This document shows, one piece after another, positions 25,442 to 36,892 of a stretch of DNA of 59,235 bases. Position numbers and translations under genes: made by a program. Every line of letters begins with the position of its first letter. Positions within the stretch are counted from its first letter, which is position 1. Location of the stretch: contig NC_069003.1 in the NCBI RefSeq assembly GCF_001194135.2, positions 17,191,667-17,250,901 of the forward strand, written 5' to 3'. Source of the DNA: Octopus bimaculoides. Lineage: Eukaryota. The notes under the pieces were generated by a model. The model was not told the DNA's origin. It saw only the letters and a program-made list of their open reading frames with translations, and searched no databases.

Positions 25442-28400
25442 TCATTTTGTATGAATCTTGTACTTTATAATTTTTCCTTCTTCCAAGTATTGTTTTCTGT
25501 TTTTATATGACCTCATGTACACCTTATCACCAATTTTGAAAAAATTTGGATTGTCTTTCCTGGTACTTTTTCTTTCCTTGCTAGGTAACAGTTTATCAAA
25601 AACTGATTTCACCTTTCTCACAAACATCAGTTCAGCTGGTGAGCTTCCTGCTGGTGTATTGAGGTTTGGAGTCACTCTGTATAACCTTAGGAATTGCTGC
25701 AGAGTGACTTTGTCTGTGACTTCCTTGTTTGCTTTTCTCAAAGCTCTCTTAAAAGTGTTCACAAAATTCTCTGCCTGTCCATTTGGTCTGCAATGGTAAG
25801 GCGCTATCATTTTATGTTCTACTGTGAACATTTTGCAGAATTTTCTAAATTCACTGCACACAAATTTTCTTCCATTATCAGATACAATCATGTCTGGCAT
25901 TGCCAAATCTTTTTTTTTTCTTTTGTACTGGAGGGGACCAGTCATTTAGATTGGCCCCAGTATGCAACTGGTACTTAATTTATCAACCCTAAAAGGATGA
26001 AAGGTAAAGTCGACCTCGGTGGAATTTGAACTCAGAACATAAAGACAAACAAAATAATGCTAAGCATTTCACTGCCTTAAATGGGATGCTAAATCTTGCG
26101 AATAATTTGTGCAAAAGATTTATTACAATTGAGGCAGTTGGTCTTTTGCACTTAACAATTTTCGGCCCTTTTCTTAAACTGTCAACTACTACTAAGTAGT
26201 AATAACCATTTAACAGACCCGCAAAATCAATATGTAGTCTTGACCATGGACTTTTTAATTCTGGCCTAGGCTCCTATTTTTTAGTAGGCAATTTCACTGC
26301 CAGAGCACATCCTCTGCAGCCCTTTACTACGTTTTCAACTTCCATGTCCATCTTCGGCCAATACACATAACCGCACATGAGTGCTTTCATCTTTGTGATC
26401 CCCGGATGTCCAATATGGAATTCTTTCAACATTCATTTTTGTAGAGTTTTGGGTATCACTACCCTTTGGCCATTCATCAGTACGCCGTTGCATGTTGAAT
26501 ATATGTTTACATCTTGTTTTTTCTTTCCGAACCTTTTCTTGTTTTCTTTCACTGACCACGGAGTTTTTTTTGTTTTGTTAATGAACTTTTCTTTTGATGT
26601 GTGTCGCTTTATCTCCTCCAGAGTTAATGCTAACTCTCATACAATGTTCCACATTATATGTTTTATTTTCCCTTCAGCTCTTAGAGCTGCTATTACCACA
26701 TCCTCGAATGGTTCACCATTTTTGGGTATTAACCTGGATAGGCCGTCAGCATGTCCTAGCTTTATTTGAAGGTAAATATTCCACTGGGTAGTCATAGTTT
26801 AGTAGTATGGTGCCAAAACATTGCAACTTGTTTGCTGTATGTACTGGGATTCTTTCTTGGATCCATAAATCTTTAGCAATGGGCAATAGTCTGTTTGTAG
26901 TCTAAACCGTCTACCATGTATAAACCTGTGGAACTTTGATAATTGCTAATGCCTCTTTTTCATTTTGACAATAGTGTCCTTGATGCGTGAGCTATGGCCT
27001 TTTGGCTGCCATCTTCATATTTATGTAGGAGTACAGTACCTGCCCCATACTCACTAGCATTTGTTGCCAGTATCATTTCCAACGTGTGTAAGTGACAAGT
27101 CTGAAGTTAACATGCTTTTTAGTTCCTCAAATGCCTTCTGGCATTTTTCTTACCAAAACCATTTGGCATCCTTTTTTAACAGCTTGTTTAGTGGAACCCT
27201 TGTGTTGTGTATGTTCAGGATATATACTTGATAGTAGTTTACCAAGCCTAAGAATGCTTGTGACAATTTGATGTTCATTGGGGGAGGCATATTTCGTATT
27301 GCTGTTGCCCTTGATGAGTCTGGCCTTTGTCCCCTTTCGTCAATTACTTGACCCAAATATTTGATTTTTTTTTTCATCAAAAATTCACACTTTTCCTCTG
27401 TTAGTCTAAACCTATATTCATTTATTTTTCCAAATACTTTTCTANNNNNNNNNNNNNNNNNNNNNNNNNNNNNNNNNNNNNNNNNNNNNNNNNNNNNNNN
27501 NNNNNNNNNNNNNNNNNNNNNNNNNNNNNNNNNNNNNGAAGTGTTGCTCCACTGTCTCACTCTTTATCAAAATATCACTGAGATAAGTGATAGCAAAGTC
27601 ACAATCATTTAACAGTGCGTCCATCACTTGTTGGAATATGGCAGGTGCCACTTTTACTCCAAAAAGAAGCTGCTTGAATTTATACTATCCGCAGTGTATA
27701 TTGATTGTTAAAAGGTGTGCACAATCTTCTATCTGTATCTAGGGCTCTGAGAAGTCTAACTTTGAGAAAATTTTTCTTCCATTTAGTTTTGAGAACACTT
27801 CTTCTGGGCTTGGTAATGGATAGTTGTGTTCGAGTAAACAGTCAATTAATCCAGTTGAAAAGTTCGCACACACTTTTAGTTTATTTTTTTTCACTTTACA
27901 TAAACTGTTGGAGCTGCCCAGTCTGGATGGTTGACTTTTTCAATTGTAGCTAGACTTTCTAGTCAGTCTAGCTCTTTATTGACCTGGTGTTGCCTTTTCT
28001 TTCACTATGATCCTTGCTTTTGTTTTAGTGCAACAACGTAATCCTTTCGAAAAAAACATCTGGAAACAATTTTTTAATTTTTTGTCTTGGTTCAACTTCA
28101 TTTGAACTTTTAACTGTGCCGACTACATTTTCACAGAGAACACTGATGAGGGTATCCCGAATAGGTTTAGTGATTTTTTTCAACACATAAATTGATTGTC
28201 CTCATTACATTGCAAATACATTCGCTGATGAAATATAATTTATTTCCTGTAACACCATATGCTACTTTATTTGATTTAAATAATTTTGGCTTACCAATTT
28301 GTAGCCATGTTTTTTCATTTATGATAGTGATGTCACTACCTGTGTCTAATTGCTTTTCAGCACTAGTGGTTTTGATTCTCACCTTGATGAATTTTCTGTT

Positions 28401-29229
28401 CATTGTACAAACTTTTTTCTCTAATGACAAACTATTTTTTCTTGTTTGGTCCAATTTTTCATCATCTTAGTTCTGCAGTGCCATACATGGGTTTATCTCC
28501 TGATATATATTGTGTTTTTCGTGAAATACTTTATCCGTCTTCCAACATTTTTGCACTGGTTTTATCTGTAAACAATCTCTGCATTGGATTTCTTCAGTGT
28601 TGTGCCTTACTTTTAATATCATATCACACTTTTCTGACAGTTTCTAGAGAGTAATATCCTGGTTCATTTCCAGCTTTGTGAAAATTTTTATTCTGACTTC
28701 TGCATCCTTTTTAGCAGTAAGTTCCTGAGCAAAAATCAGGCACTTGAACGAGTCTGGAGTTAGTTTATCCTGTTTAAATCTCTCGCACTCTCTGTTCACT
28801 CTACTGGCATATGTGGTAAAGTCTTCATCATTGCTTTTCTCAGTGTTCAAACACTTCCAATGTGTGTTGAACAATGATGTTTTTTCACTAAACATCCTAC
28901 ATAAAATGTCAATTGTGTCTGTGAAATTTTTTAGAAACTTTTTTAAGCAATATAAGGTTACAGTATTTCTCATGCTCTATCATCGCTAGTTTCCTCAGAA
29001 TTAGATGTTTCATTTTGTCTGTCCAGTCTTGGTATTCTTTTACGCAAATTTGTTCAAATCTTTGGTAATAAACCTTGAAAGTGACTTCTTCTAGACTGTA
29101 TGTAAATTCATTTATTGAAATGGCTACATGGTCTTGCGAAAACATATTTTCTGATTTTGTTGCCAACTTCATTAGTTGTAGTATTTGTTGCTGTAACATG
29201 TTATTGTTGTTGCTGTTTTTGAAACTCAA
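25442..29229 (-). pseudogene. Gypsy gag-pol remnants (gag about 28500-29229; protease about 28170-28450; RT about 27150-27900; RNase H about 26750-27100; integrase about 25442-26350)
   Basis: QLDTGSDITII (protease), APAIFQQVMD..TYLSDILI (YLDD mutated), IKYLGQVID, IVSDNGRKF..APYHCRPNGQAENFVNTFKRAL (integrase); fragmented by stops and frameshifts. Confidence 0.9.
25930..26072 (+). mobile_element. SINE fragment inserted in the Gypsy integrase region
   Basis: AAGGATGAAAGGTAAAGTCGACCTCGGTGGAATTTGAACTCAGAAC matches SINE pieces at about 22600-22700, 37320-37400 and 37720-37790; it interrupts the pol reading frame. Confidence 0.65.
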
Positions 29230-29282
29230 CTAAACCCCTCTAACAAGTTTTCCATAATTCTATGGATTTTTCATAAAATGTA

Positions 29283-29651
29283 CAGGGTGATTCAAAAGTC
29301 TCCATACATAGGAAAACATTATATTTTTTATAAGAAACAGTTTATAAGATCCCGTAGATCCCCTGATCTGACTCTTCTTGATTTCTATCTTTGGGGGCAT
29401 TTGGAAGGCATGGTGTATCGCGAAAAGATAAAAGACAAATCATTTGAAGGAACGCATCACTAATTCATTTGCACACGTATCACCAGATGTGCTATTAAGA
29501 GTTCACAATGAGTGGGGTAAACGTATTGCAATGTGTATCAAAACAATGGTAACCATATAGAGCCTGTTAAATAAAAAAAGAAACTGTTCTTATAAACTGT
29601 CTTATAAAAAAATAAATTGTTCCTATGTATAGTGACTTTTGAATCACCCTG
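29283..29651 (+). mobile_element. Internally deleted Tc1/mariner element nested in the Gypsy leader
   Basis: TA|CAGGGTGATTCAAAAGTC..ATACATAGG ... CCTATGTAT..GACTTTTGAATCACCCTG|TA. The internal peptide RSPDLTLLDFYLWGHLEGMVY matches the SPDLxPxDFxLW motif. Confidence 0.88.
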
Positions 29652-29789
29652 TATATAACAAAAATGTTTGTTACTCTTAAGGCGAGTTTTTAATTTCTCC
29701 ATGTGAATTTTTTTAAAAATTCCTCCGTGTGAAAATTTTTTAAAATTCTTAATGTCATCTGTGTGAATTGTTTATATATTCATTGCCAC

Positions 29790-30119
29790 TGTTATAATGT
29801 GGATTCTTGTTGACTTCTATGTTGACATCGGCACTGTAATATTCTTGTTATCACTATTACGTTGTGGCGGTATTCCATGTCTTATTATCTTTAACTCATC
29901 AATCATGCTATCGCTGATAGCCCCACAAGACAATGATTTTGTAACGTCTATCTTGATGGTAATTCAAACCATCACGTAGCTGACACTGACTCTAACTGAG
30001 AACTTGTACAATGACTCTACTACTACTGACCCTGCTACAATGACGGACTGTCTGACTTTATAGTGGCTAGTCATACCACTTTGTCACATGGGAAGGAGTG
30101 TACCATTTTCACTACAACA
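29790..30119 (-). repeat. 5' LTR
   Basis: Direct repeat of 24914-25217; PBS-like sequence at about 29781-29788. Confidence 0.9.
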
Positions 30120-30371
30120 TTTATTTATTAGTATGACACTGTAGGGTAGGTGTGAAAAGCTTGATCTGGCCAGTTTGAACAAAAATCAGAACATTTCGGC
30201 CAGATATGGTCAGTTTGAATACTAAAGGGTTAATGACTGTTATTTTACTAAATTCTTTATTATTTTCAAAATTAATTGAAACAAAACTGTATCTCAACAG
30301 AAATATAACAAAAAGGTTAATAATTCCTTAAACTTTTAAAACCCTCTATTTTTTCAGAAGATTTACTCACC

Positions 30372-30561
30372 ATGTATTGTACCTCAGAACCAACACATGT
30401 TTTCCGAATGAAGAGAGACTTTGCTGCATTTGTTGGCAGTAACCCATGGGACAGTAGTAACAAGTCACCAAGAATATCAAATGACCTGAAATGCATGCTG
30501 GACTTTGACCAGAGTTTGTCTGAAAACACCTCTAATCCACAACTATTATTAGATTCTTCTG
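30372..30561 (+). CDS. MAD1L1: MAD1L1 coding exon 1 (acceptor at 30357/30358; ATG at 30372)
   Basis: TTTTTTCAG|AAGATTTACTCACC-ATG; MYCTSEPTHVFRMKRDFAAFV resembles the MAD1 N-terminus; donor TCTG|GTCAGT is phase 1 and matches the next exon. Confidence 0.75.
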
Positions 30562-31829
30562 GTCAGTATCAATCACCAAGAAATCTTTCTTGGTCATCTT
30601 CATTATGTTGTTTTATATATANNNNNNNNNNNNNNNNNNNNNNNNNNNNNNNNNNNNNNNNNNNNNNNNNNNNNNNNNNNNNNNNNNNNNNNNNNNNNNN
30701 NNNNNNNNNNNNNNNNNNNNNTATATATATGTATATATATTTTGATCACCTTGATGTTCTGTTTAGGTTTTTTGTCTTGTTTCTTTTTCTAGGATAAGGC
30801 AGTAAAGCTGTTTCATACATTAAGTTCTAATTCAATCATGGGCAGCCTGCAGGATTTTAAGAATGACACACCTAATGAAAAATTACCTTGAATTTTTTTA
30901 GTTGTGTGGCCTGCCTGATGGTGAGCCACATCTCATGGGGCCCACTTTTCGGAAAAGGTTAACCATGCCTGGTCTAAATGTTTGATCCATGTACCTCAGT
31001 GTATCACAGTCATTAGACTGCAGCCATGCTGGGGCACTGCCTTGAAAATTTTTTAGTCAAATGTATTGACCCCAGTACTTATTTTTTGCTGAACTGCTAA
31101 GTGATCATCATCATCATTTAACGTCTGTTGTTCATGCTGGCATGGGTTGGACGGTTTGACTGGGCTGGCATGCTGTAAGGGTGTGCCAGGCTCAGGGACG
31201 TAAGCACCAACACCGGTTGTCAAGTGGTGGTGGAGGACAAACATAGGCACACACATACACACACATAAATATGGGCTTCTTCCAGTTTCCAGCTACCAAA
31301 TCCATTCACAGGCTATTGTAGAAGAAACTTGCCCAAGGTGCCATGCAATGGAACTGAACCCTGTGGTTGGGAAGCAAGCTTCCTACCACACAGCCACACC
31401 TGCATCTACTTTGTTGATATTGTTGAAGAATTCATCTCACTGATGTTCTCCTCTTCTTACAGTAAGCAGAGGAGGGCTTCAGGTCTAAGAAAGTGTCCAA
31501 CTACCCCCAGAACATCTCGATGATGTGAATTGTCATCATTGTTTTAACGTCCAATTTTCCATGAGTGCATGGGTCAAGTGAAATTCATTGAGGCAGATTT
31601 TCTGTGGCTGAATGCCCTTCCTGTGCCCAACACACACCTGTTTCTAAATCAGGCAATATTTTCCCCCGTGGCCAGACACTTTCATTGGAAACAAAAAGAC
31701 ATCACTTGCATGATGGTGACACTCTCTTACGACTATCATATGATGTCAAGGCAAGGAGACAGTAACACACACTCACACATACACATATAATATCTAGTTC
31801 CAGTTCGTCACCAATGGCCATGACTCGCT

Positions 31830-32650
31830 TCATGAATCAAATTGCTTCAGATAGCCAGGTCTTTCTGGACCTACCTCTTCCACAGGTTCCCTCAACTGCT
31901 AGGGTGTAGCACTTTTTCACACAGCTATCCTCATCCATTCTCACCAAATGACCATACCAGTGCAATCGTCTCTCTTGCACACCGTAACTAATGCTTCTTA
32001 GGTTCAACTTTTCTCTCAAGGTACTTACACTCTGTCTAGTATGTACACTGACATTACACATCCATCGTAGCATGCTGGCTTCATTCCTTGCGAGCCTACG
32101 CAGGTCCTCAGCAGTCATGGCCCATGTTTCACTGCCATGAAGCATGGCTGTTTGAACACATGCGTCATACAGTCTGCCTTTTACTCTGAGAGAGAGACCC
32201 TTTGTCACCAGCAGAGGTAAGAGCTCTCTGAACTTTGCCCAGGTTATTCTTATTCTAGCAGCTACACTTTCAGCATACTCTCCCCCACTACTAACGTGGT
32301 CACCTAGATAGAAGCTATCAACTACGTCTAGTTTTTCTCCCTAGAATGTGGCCAAAGTTGTTTTCTGCACATTTTCAGTGTTTATTGCACCTGAACATCT
32401 GCCACATACAAAAACTAACTTCCTAGTTAACCTTCCTTTGATATTGCTGCACCTCTTATGTGTCCATAGCTTGCACTGGGTACATCTTATAGAGTTTCTA
32501 CCTTCGCCTTTTCTACAGATCGAGCAGGGCCATCTACCTGAAGGAGTTTGTGTTTTGTCTACCTTCCTACTTATTAGGACTTTGGTTTTAGCTAGGTTGA
32601 CTCTAAGGCCCTTCGATTCTAGTCCTTGCTTCAACACCTGAAACTGTATT
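31830..32650 (-). mobile_element. RTE-type LINE 3' fragment
   Basis: GLRVNLAKTKVL, WPCSICRKG..CTQCKLWTHKRCS, LSLRVKGRLYDACVQTAMLHGSETW, RRLHWYGHLVRM, GRGRSRKTW. Confidence 0.88.
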
Positions 32651-32939
32651 TGGAATTTTTATTTCCGTTTTATAAATGTAAAAGAATATATGTATGTATT
32701 TGATTTTCGAATGCGGTTATTATGTTCCTCTAGTTTCCGCTTGTATTGCATCAAAATTATTAAGTACCGCTTGACAACTGGTGCTGGTGTGTTTATGTCC
32801 CTGTAACAAAGCAGTTTGGTAAAAGAGACCAGTAGAAGTACTATGCTTAAAAACATAAGCCCTTGGGGGTCGATTTGTTCAACTAAAACCTTTCAAGACA
32901 ATGCCCCAGCATAGCTGCAGTCATATAACTGAAATGAGT

Positions 32940-32977
<38 letters not shown>

Positions 32978-32979
32978 TA

Positions 32980-33659
32980 GAAGTTGAAAATGCACTGAGA
33001 ATAGTTAAAATTTTCATATCATTATATTTAAAGATTTAACTGGTTTCACAGTTTACATTGATTTTCAAAAGTTGAGATAGAAAGACGTGGGTTATGCTGC
33101 AACTGTCTTGCTTCTGACTAGTGTTTGAAGCTTGCCCTATTTTTGTAGGGATTACATAGCTCAATTTAGTATATGTTTTGGATAGGACTTGATAGTCACA
33201 TGACTGGTCTTAGAAATTTTTGTAGGTTCCCTACTACATCCATGTGTTAAGTGACAATGTTTGATGTTGTAAGCCGACATGTCTAGTGACAGTACCAAAC
33301 AATTAATGCTCTGGATGTTTTCTGTTAAGTGTTGTAGAGGATGATTACGTGAGTAAGTTTAGAATCTTTTGTACGTTTCCCACTATGTCTGTGCATTAGT
33401 GTCATGTGACTATATTTTGTGCTGAAAATTAAGGCTAACATGGTTGAGTGAACATATTTAATTACAGTCAAGGCACTCTAAATTTAATCTGCCTGGTGGG
33501 AGTGGACAAACTTCAAACACTACTCAGAAGCAACACAGTTGCGACATGACCCACATCTTTCTACCTCAACTTTTGAAAATCAGTGCAAATTGAAACCTGT
33601 GAAATCTTTAAATATAATAATAAAAAAATTTAAACTATTCTCAGTGCATTTTCAACTTC
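32980..33659. mobile_element. Fold-back MITE with about 170-bp TIRs inserted in (TA)n
   Basis: TA|GAAGTTGAAAATGCACTGAGAATAGTT ... AACTATTCTCAGTGCATTTTCAACTTC|TA, with (TA)n tracts on both sides. Confidence 0.75.
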
Positions 33660-33703
<44 letters not shown>

Positions 33704-33774
33704 CACACACACAGAGACACACACACATGTATATATATCTATATACACCTCTCATGACAGGTTTCTTTCATTAT

Positions 33775-34056
33775 TTACATTATTTACAATTGATGGATAT
33801 TTGTCCTCATCTTTGTTGTTAACATGTTTCGGCTGATATACCCTCCAGCCTTCATCAGGTGTCTTGGGGGAATTTTGAACCTGGGTTCTCATTCCTAAGG
33901 TATTTTTCGATGATGATGATGATGATGATGGTGATGGTGATGGTGGTGGCGACGACGACGATGTTGTTGTTGTTGTTGTTGTTCAGGTCACTGCCTGGAA
34001 TTGAACTCGGAATCTTGAGGTTAGTAGCCCGCGCTCTTAATCACTACACCATATGG
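33775..34056 (-). mobile_element. tRNA-headed SINE with a hammerhead-like tail (minus copy)
   Basis: Reverse complement of 34101-34335. Pol III boxes, a triplet microsatellite, then GACAC-CTGATGA-A-GGCTG..CAGCC-GAAAC at 33826-33863; the cleavage segment is partly deleted. Confidence 0.7.
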
Positions 34057-34100
34057 CGTAGAACTTGATTCTTCATTGCATACAAAAGATTCTAAACTTA

Positions 34101-34340
34101 ATGGCATAGTGGTTTAGAGCGCGGGATACTAACCCCAAGATTCCGAGTTCAATTCCAGGCAGTGACCTGAATGATAATAATAATAACAACAACATTGAAA
34201 AATACCTTGGGAATGAGAACCCAGGTTCAAAATTTCCGCAAGACATCTGATGAAAGCTGGAGAGTATATCAGCTGAAACGTTGTGTTAACAACAAACATG
34301 ATGAGGACAAATATCCGTCAATTGTAAATAATGTACATAA
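34101..34340 (+). mobile_element. tRNA-headed SINE with a hammerhead-like tail (plus copy)
   Basis: A box TGGCATAGTGG at 34102-12, B box GAGTTCAATTCC at 34145-56, (AAT/AAC)n, then a hammerhead-like motif at 34242-34287. Confidence 0.72.
34242..34287 (+). ncRNA. Minimal type I hammerhead ribozyme-like motif
   Basis: GACAT-CTGATGA(34247-53)-A-AGCTG-[10 nt]-CAGCT-GAAAC(34275-79)-GTT|GTGTT. Stem I GACAT/GTGTT and palindromic AACGTT stem III, as in Penelope-type minimal hammerheads. Confidence 0.6.
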
Positions 34341-34631
34341 TTCTTCATCTCTTAAATATAGAAAGGTTTCTTTCAGTTTCCATTTACCAAATCCATTCAC
34401 AAGGCTTCAGTAAATCTAGAACTCTAGTAGGAGATACTTGCCACACAATGGGGTTGGGCCCTACACCATATGGTTGGAAACCAAACACTGCTTGAATGAA
34501 GATGTGCCAAGGGGTACCCTTAAGTGTTAAAGAGACCTTATAAATTTGTTTTTATGTTTGTGTGAAGGACTTTGATTTCAATGATTTTTAATGATTTTTA
34601 AATGATTGACTAGTTGGTTTGTGTATTTCAG

Positions 34632-34789
34632 TTAAAGAAGTTGATTCTTCAGTGCGTGAAGCAAAATATCTGAAATGGAAGAGTGATGTTGCAAAATACG
34701 AGGCTCAGGTTCAAGCCCTTGAAGTGAAACTGAAACAGTCTTTGATTGAGACCACAAAACAGATCAACTTGGAAAAGCAAGAGAAAGAG
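34632..34789 (+). CDS. MAD1L1: MAD1L1 coding exon 2 (coiled coil)
   Basis: TATTTCAG|TT AAA..GAG|GTATTT; VKEVDSSVREAKYLKWKSDVAKYEAQVQALEVKLKQSLIETTKQINLEKQEKE; phase 1 to 0. Confidence 0.88.
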
Positions 34790-35756
34790 GTATTTATTAC
34801 AGAAGATTAATCTTTTAGTATTTAAACCAGCCATATCCAGTCAAAATATTCTGTTTTATGTTCAAACTGACCAGATCTGGCCTCTCAAACCAACCCTACA
34901 ATGTCGTTCTAAAAATAAACAGTCACATGATTAAAATCTTAGAACTACAAGATATTTCATGATCAGTTCAAGACATTGTGAATAAAATAAGCATTGCTTT
35001 TGACAGAATAAGGTGAATGCTTAAAGGGTTAAAGAAAGAAAAAACTCAAACAAATTATCTATTTTTTATCATCATTTGTCATTGTCATCGTTTTAATGTC
35101 TACTTTTCCAGGAATTTGTTGAAGCAGATTTTCAATGGCTGGATGCCCTTCTGGCCAACCCCCACTTGTTTCTAAGTAACATAATATTTCCCCATGGCCT
35201 GACATGTTTTTCATGGAAGACTGAAAATGAACGACATTTGTGTAGTTGATGCCTTTTATGTGTTATCGATACAGGTGCCGTTTATGTGTCACCGGCTTGG
35301 TATATATGTGTGTTTAATCTAGTAAGCAATATATCACACAACAGTTTTTTTGATTTCTTGTGAAGAAAACCAGGGAGAATAAATATACTTTACTGGAAAA
35401 ATAATTAAGAAGCTGAGCAACATGAAAGACATCTAGACACACACACACAATGAGCTTTTTCTTCAGTTTCTGTGGACCAAATCCACTCACAAGGATTTAG
35501 TTGGCCTACGGCTTTAGTAGAAGACACTTGCCCAAGATGCCATGCTGTGGGATTGAACCCAAAACCATGTGGTTGAGAAGCAACCTTCTTACCACACAGG
35601 CCTGTGCTTACTGTTGAAAAGTTACAAAATAAACCTTGTATGTTTTACTATTGCTTGTCCGGTATATTTTATCATTGTCCAACATGTCTTTGACCATTGT
35701 TCCTTACTTGTGCTTAGTTGGTTGTTGATCATGTGCTGTATATTTTACCATTGCAG

Positions 35757-35927
35757 CAATGCCAGGAGAAGGCCGAGGAACTACGGACACAGTTAAAGCT
35801 GCTCTATGAGAAAGAGAAGCATCTTCAAGGAGAAAATGCTGAAATGGCTCACAAACTAAACAAAATGGATTCAGAGATTGTTGCTTTGAAGAAAGCAGCA
35901 GTGGCTTCAGACTGCCAGAAACAACAG
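35757..35927 (+). CDS. MAD1L1: MAD1L1 coding exon 3
   Basis: CATTGCAG|CAA..CAG|GTAATG; QCQEKAEELRTQLKLLYEKEKHLQGENAEM..DCQKQQ; phase 0 to 0. Confidence 0.88.
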
Positions 35928-36892
35928 GTAATGGTACTTCTACTGTTATTCCCTCACACTGTTTCATCCATGTTTTTACACTGCCATTTACCTTATTACT
36001 CTCACTTCTCTTCTTCTACCACTTTTCCAAGTTTTTTTTTTTGTCATCATCATCATCATCATTTGACTTTTGGTCATTCTCTTCTTCGATCATCACCACT
36101 GTCTTTTAGTATCATCTTCAGTCATCATCACAAGCATCATCATTACCTCTTCATCAATATCACCATCATCACTGTTATCATCCTTATCATTGTGGACATC
36201 ACCATTATCATCAACATCACCATCCTTTTTAGTCATCTTTTCCTATTTCTTTCATTGACATTGTTTTCTATTATCTTTGACACCCCTCTGTCCCCTATCC
36301 TTCAAATCTCACACAGTCTGTTATTGTTTTGGCAAGTCAGGTTCTTTCTTGTCTTCACTTACCAGGGTTTGCTCTTGCACTTCATTCACATCTAAGCCAT
36401 TCATACTTTTGTTCATGCTATCTATTACTCACACTCATCACCTTACTCTGTCTCTCTTACATTCTCTCAGTTAGATATCTAAATAATAGTTTCACCCTTA
36501 CATGTCTCTCCTACAATTACTCGTCCACTCCCTTATATTCTTCCAGACAGAGCTAGAATGCTATCAACTGCTACACTCTTACACTTCCCTCATCTCCCCT
36601 CTCTCTCTTTTGCATTTGTGCTCTCATATCCCTGTCTTGCAAGTTATGTAGCAACTTCACTAGTGTTGGTACACCCTGTAAAGTGTTTGGTGTTAGGAAG
36701 GATATTCCGCCGGAGAAACCTTGCCATTGGAGCTTGACTTGCCAACTCCTATTGAACCATCCAACCATGGAAAACGGATGCTAAATGATGATAATGATGA
36801 GGACTCTTCTAGAAAGCTCTAGAATATAACCAAGAACTTCACTTGCATATTACCTTCACTTAACAGTTTCACTCATACTTTTATTCACACTT

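Larger units (their letters stand above)
24914..30119 (-). mobile_element. Full-length decayed Ty3/Gypsy LTR retrotransposon (K02A2.6/Mag-like)
   Basis: Paired LTRs with TGT..ACA ends, 5-bp TSD TTTAT (24909-13 and 30120-24), PPT AAAAGGGGAGA next to the 3' LTR and PBS-like TGGCAATG next to the 5' LTR. Gag-PR-RT-RH-IN order. Confidence 0.93.
24818..30229. mobile_element. piggyBac-like MITE (TTAA|CCCTTTAG ... CTAAAGGG|TTAA) split by the Gypsy insertion; related copies at about 4501-5197, 34808-35032, 40600-40860, 40940-41152, 49660-49868
   Basis: TTAA at 24814-17 and 30230-33 with CCC/GGG termini. The two halves rejoin to match unsplit copies (...GATTGTTTATTTTTAAGACATT...). Confidence 0.65.

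Noticed and set aside
34101-34170. tRNA gene (likewise 687-745 and other SINE heads)
   Set aside because: Pol III boxes are present, but the cloverleaf is incomplete and the sequence continues into a repeat body; these are SINE heads.
35928-36395. His/Ile-rich continuation of ORF 35718-36395
   Set aside because: Read-through past the exon 3 donor into (CAT)n low-complexity intron.
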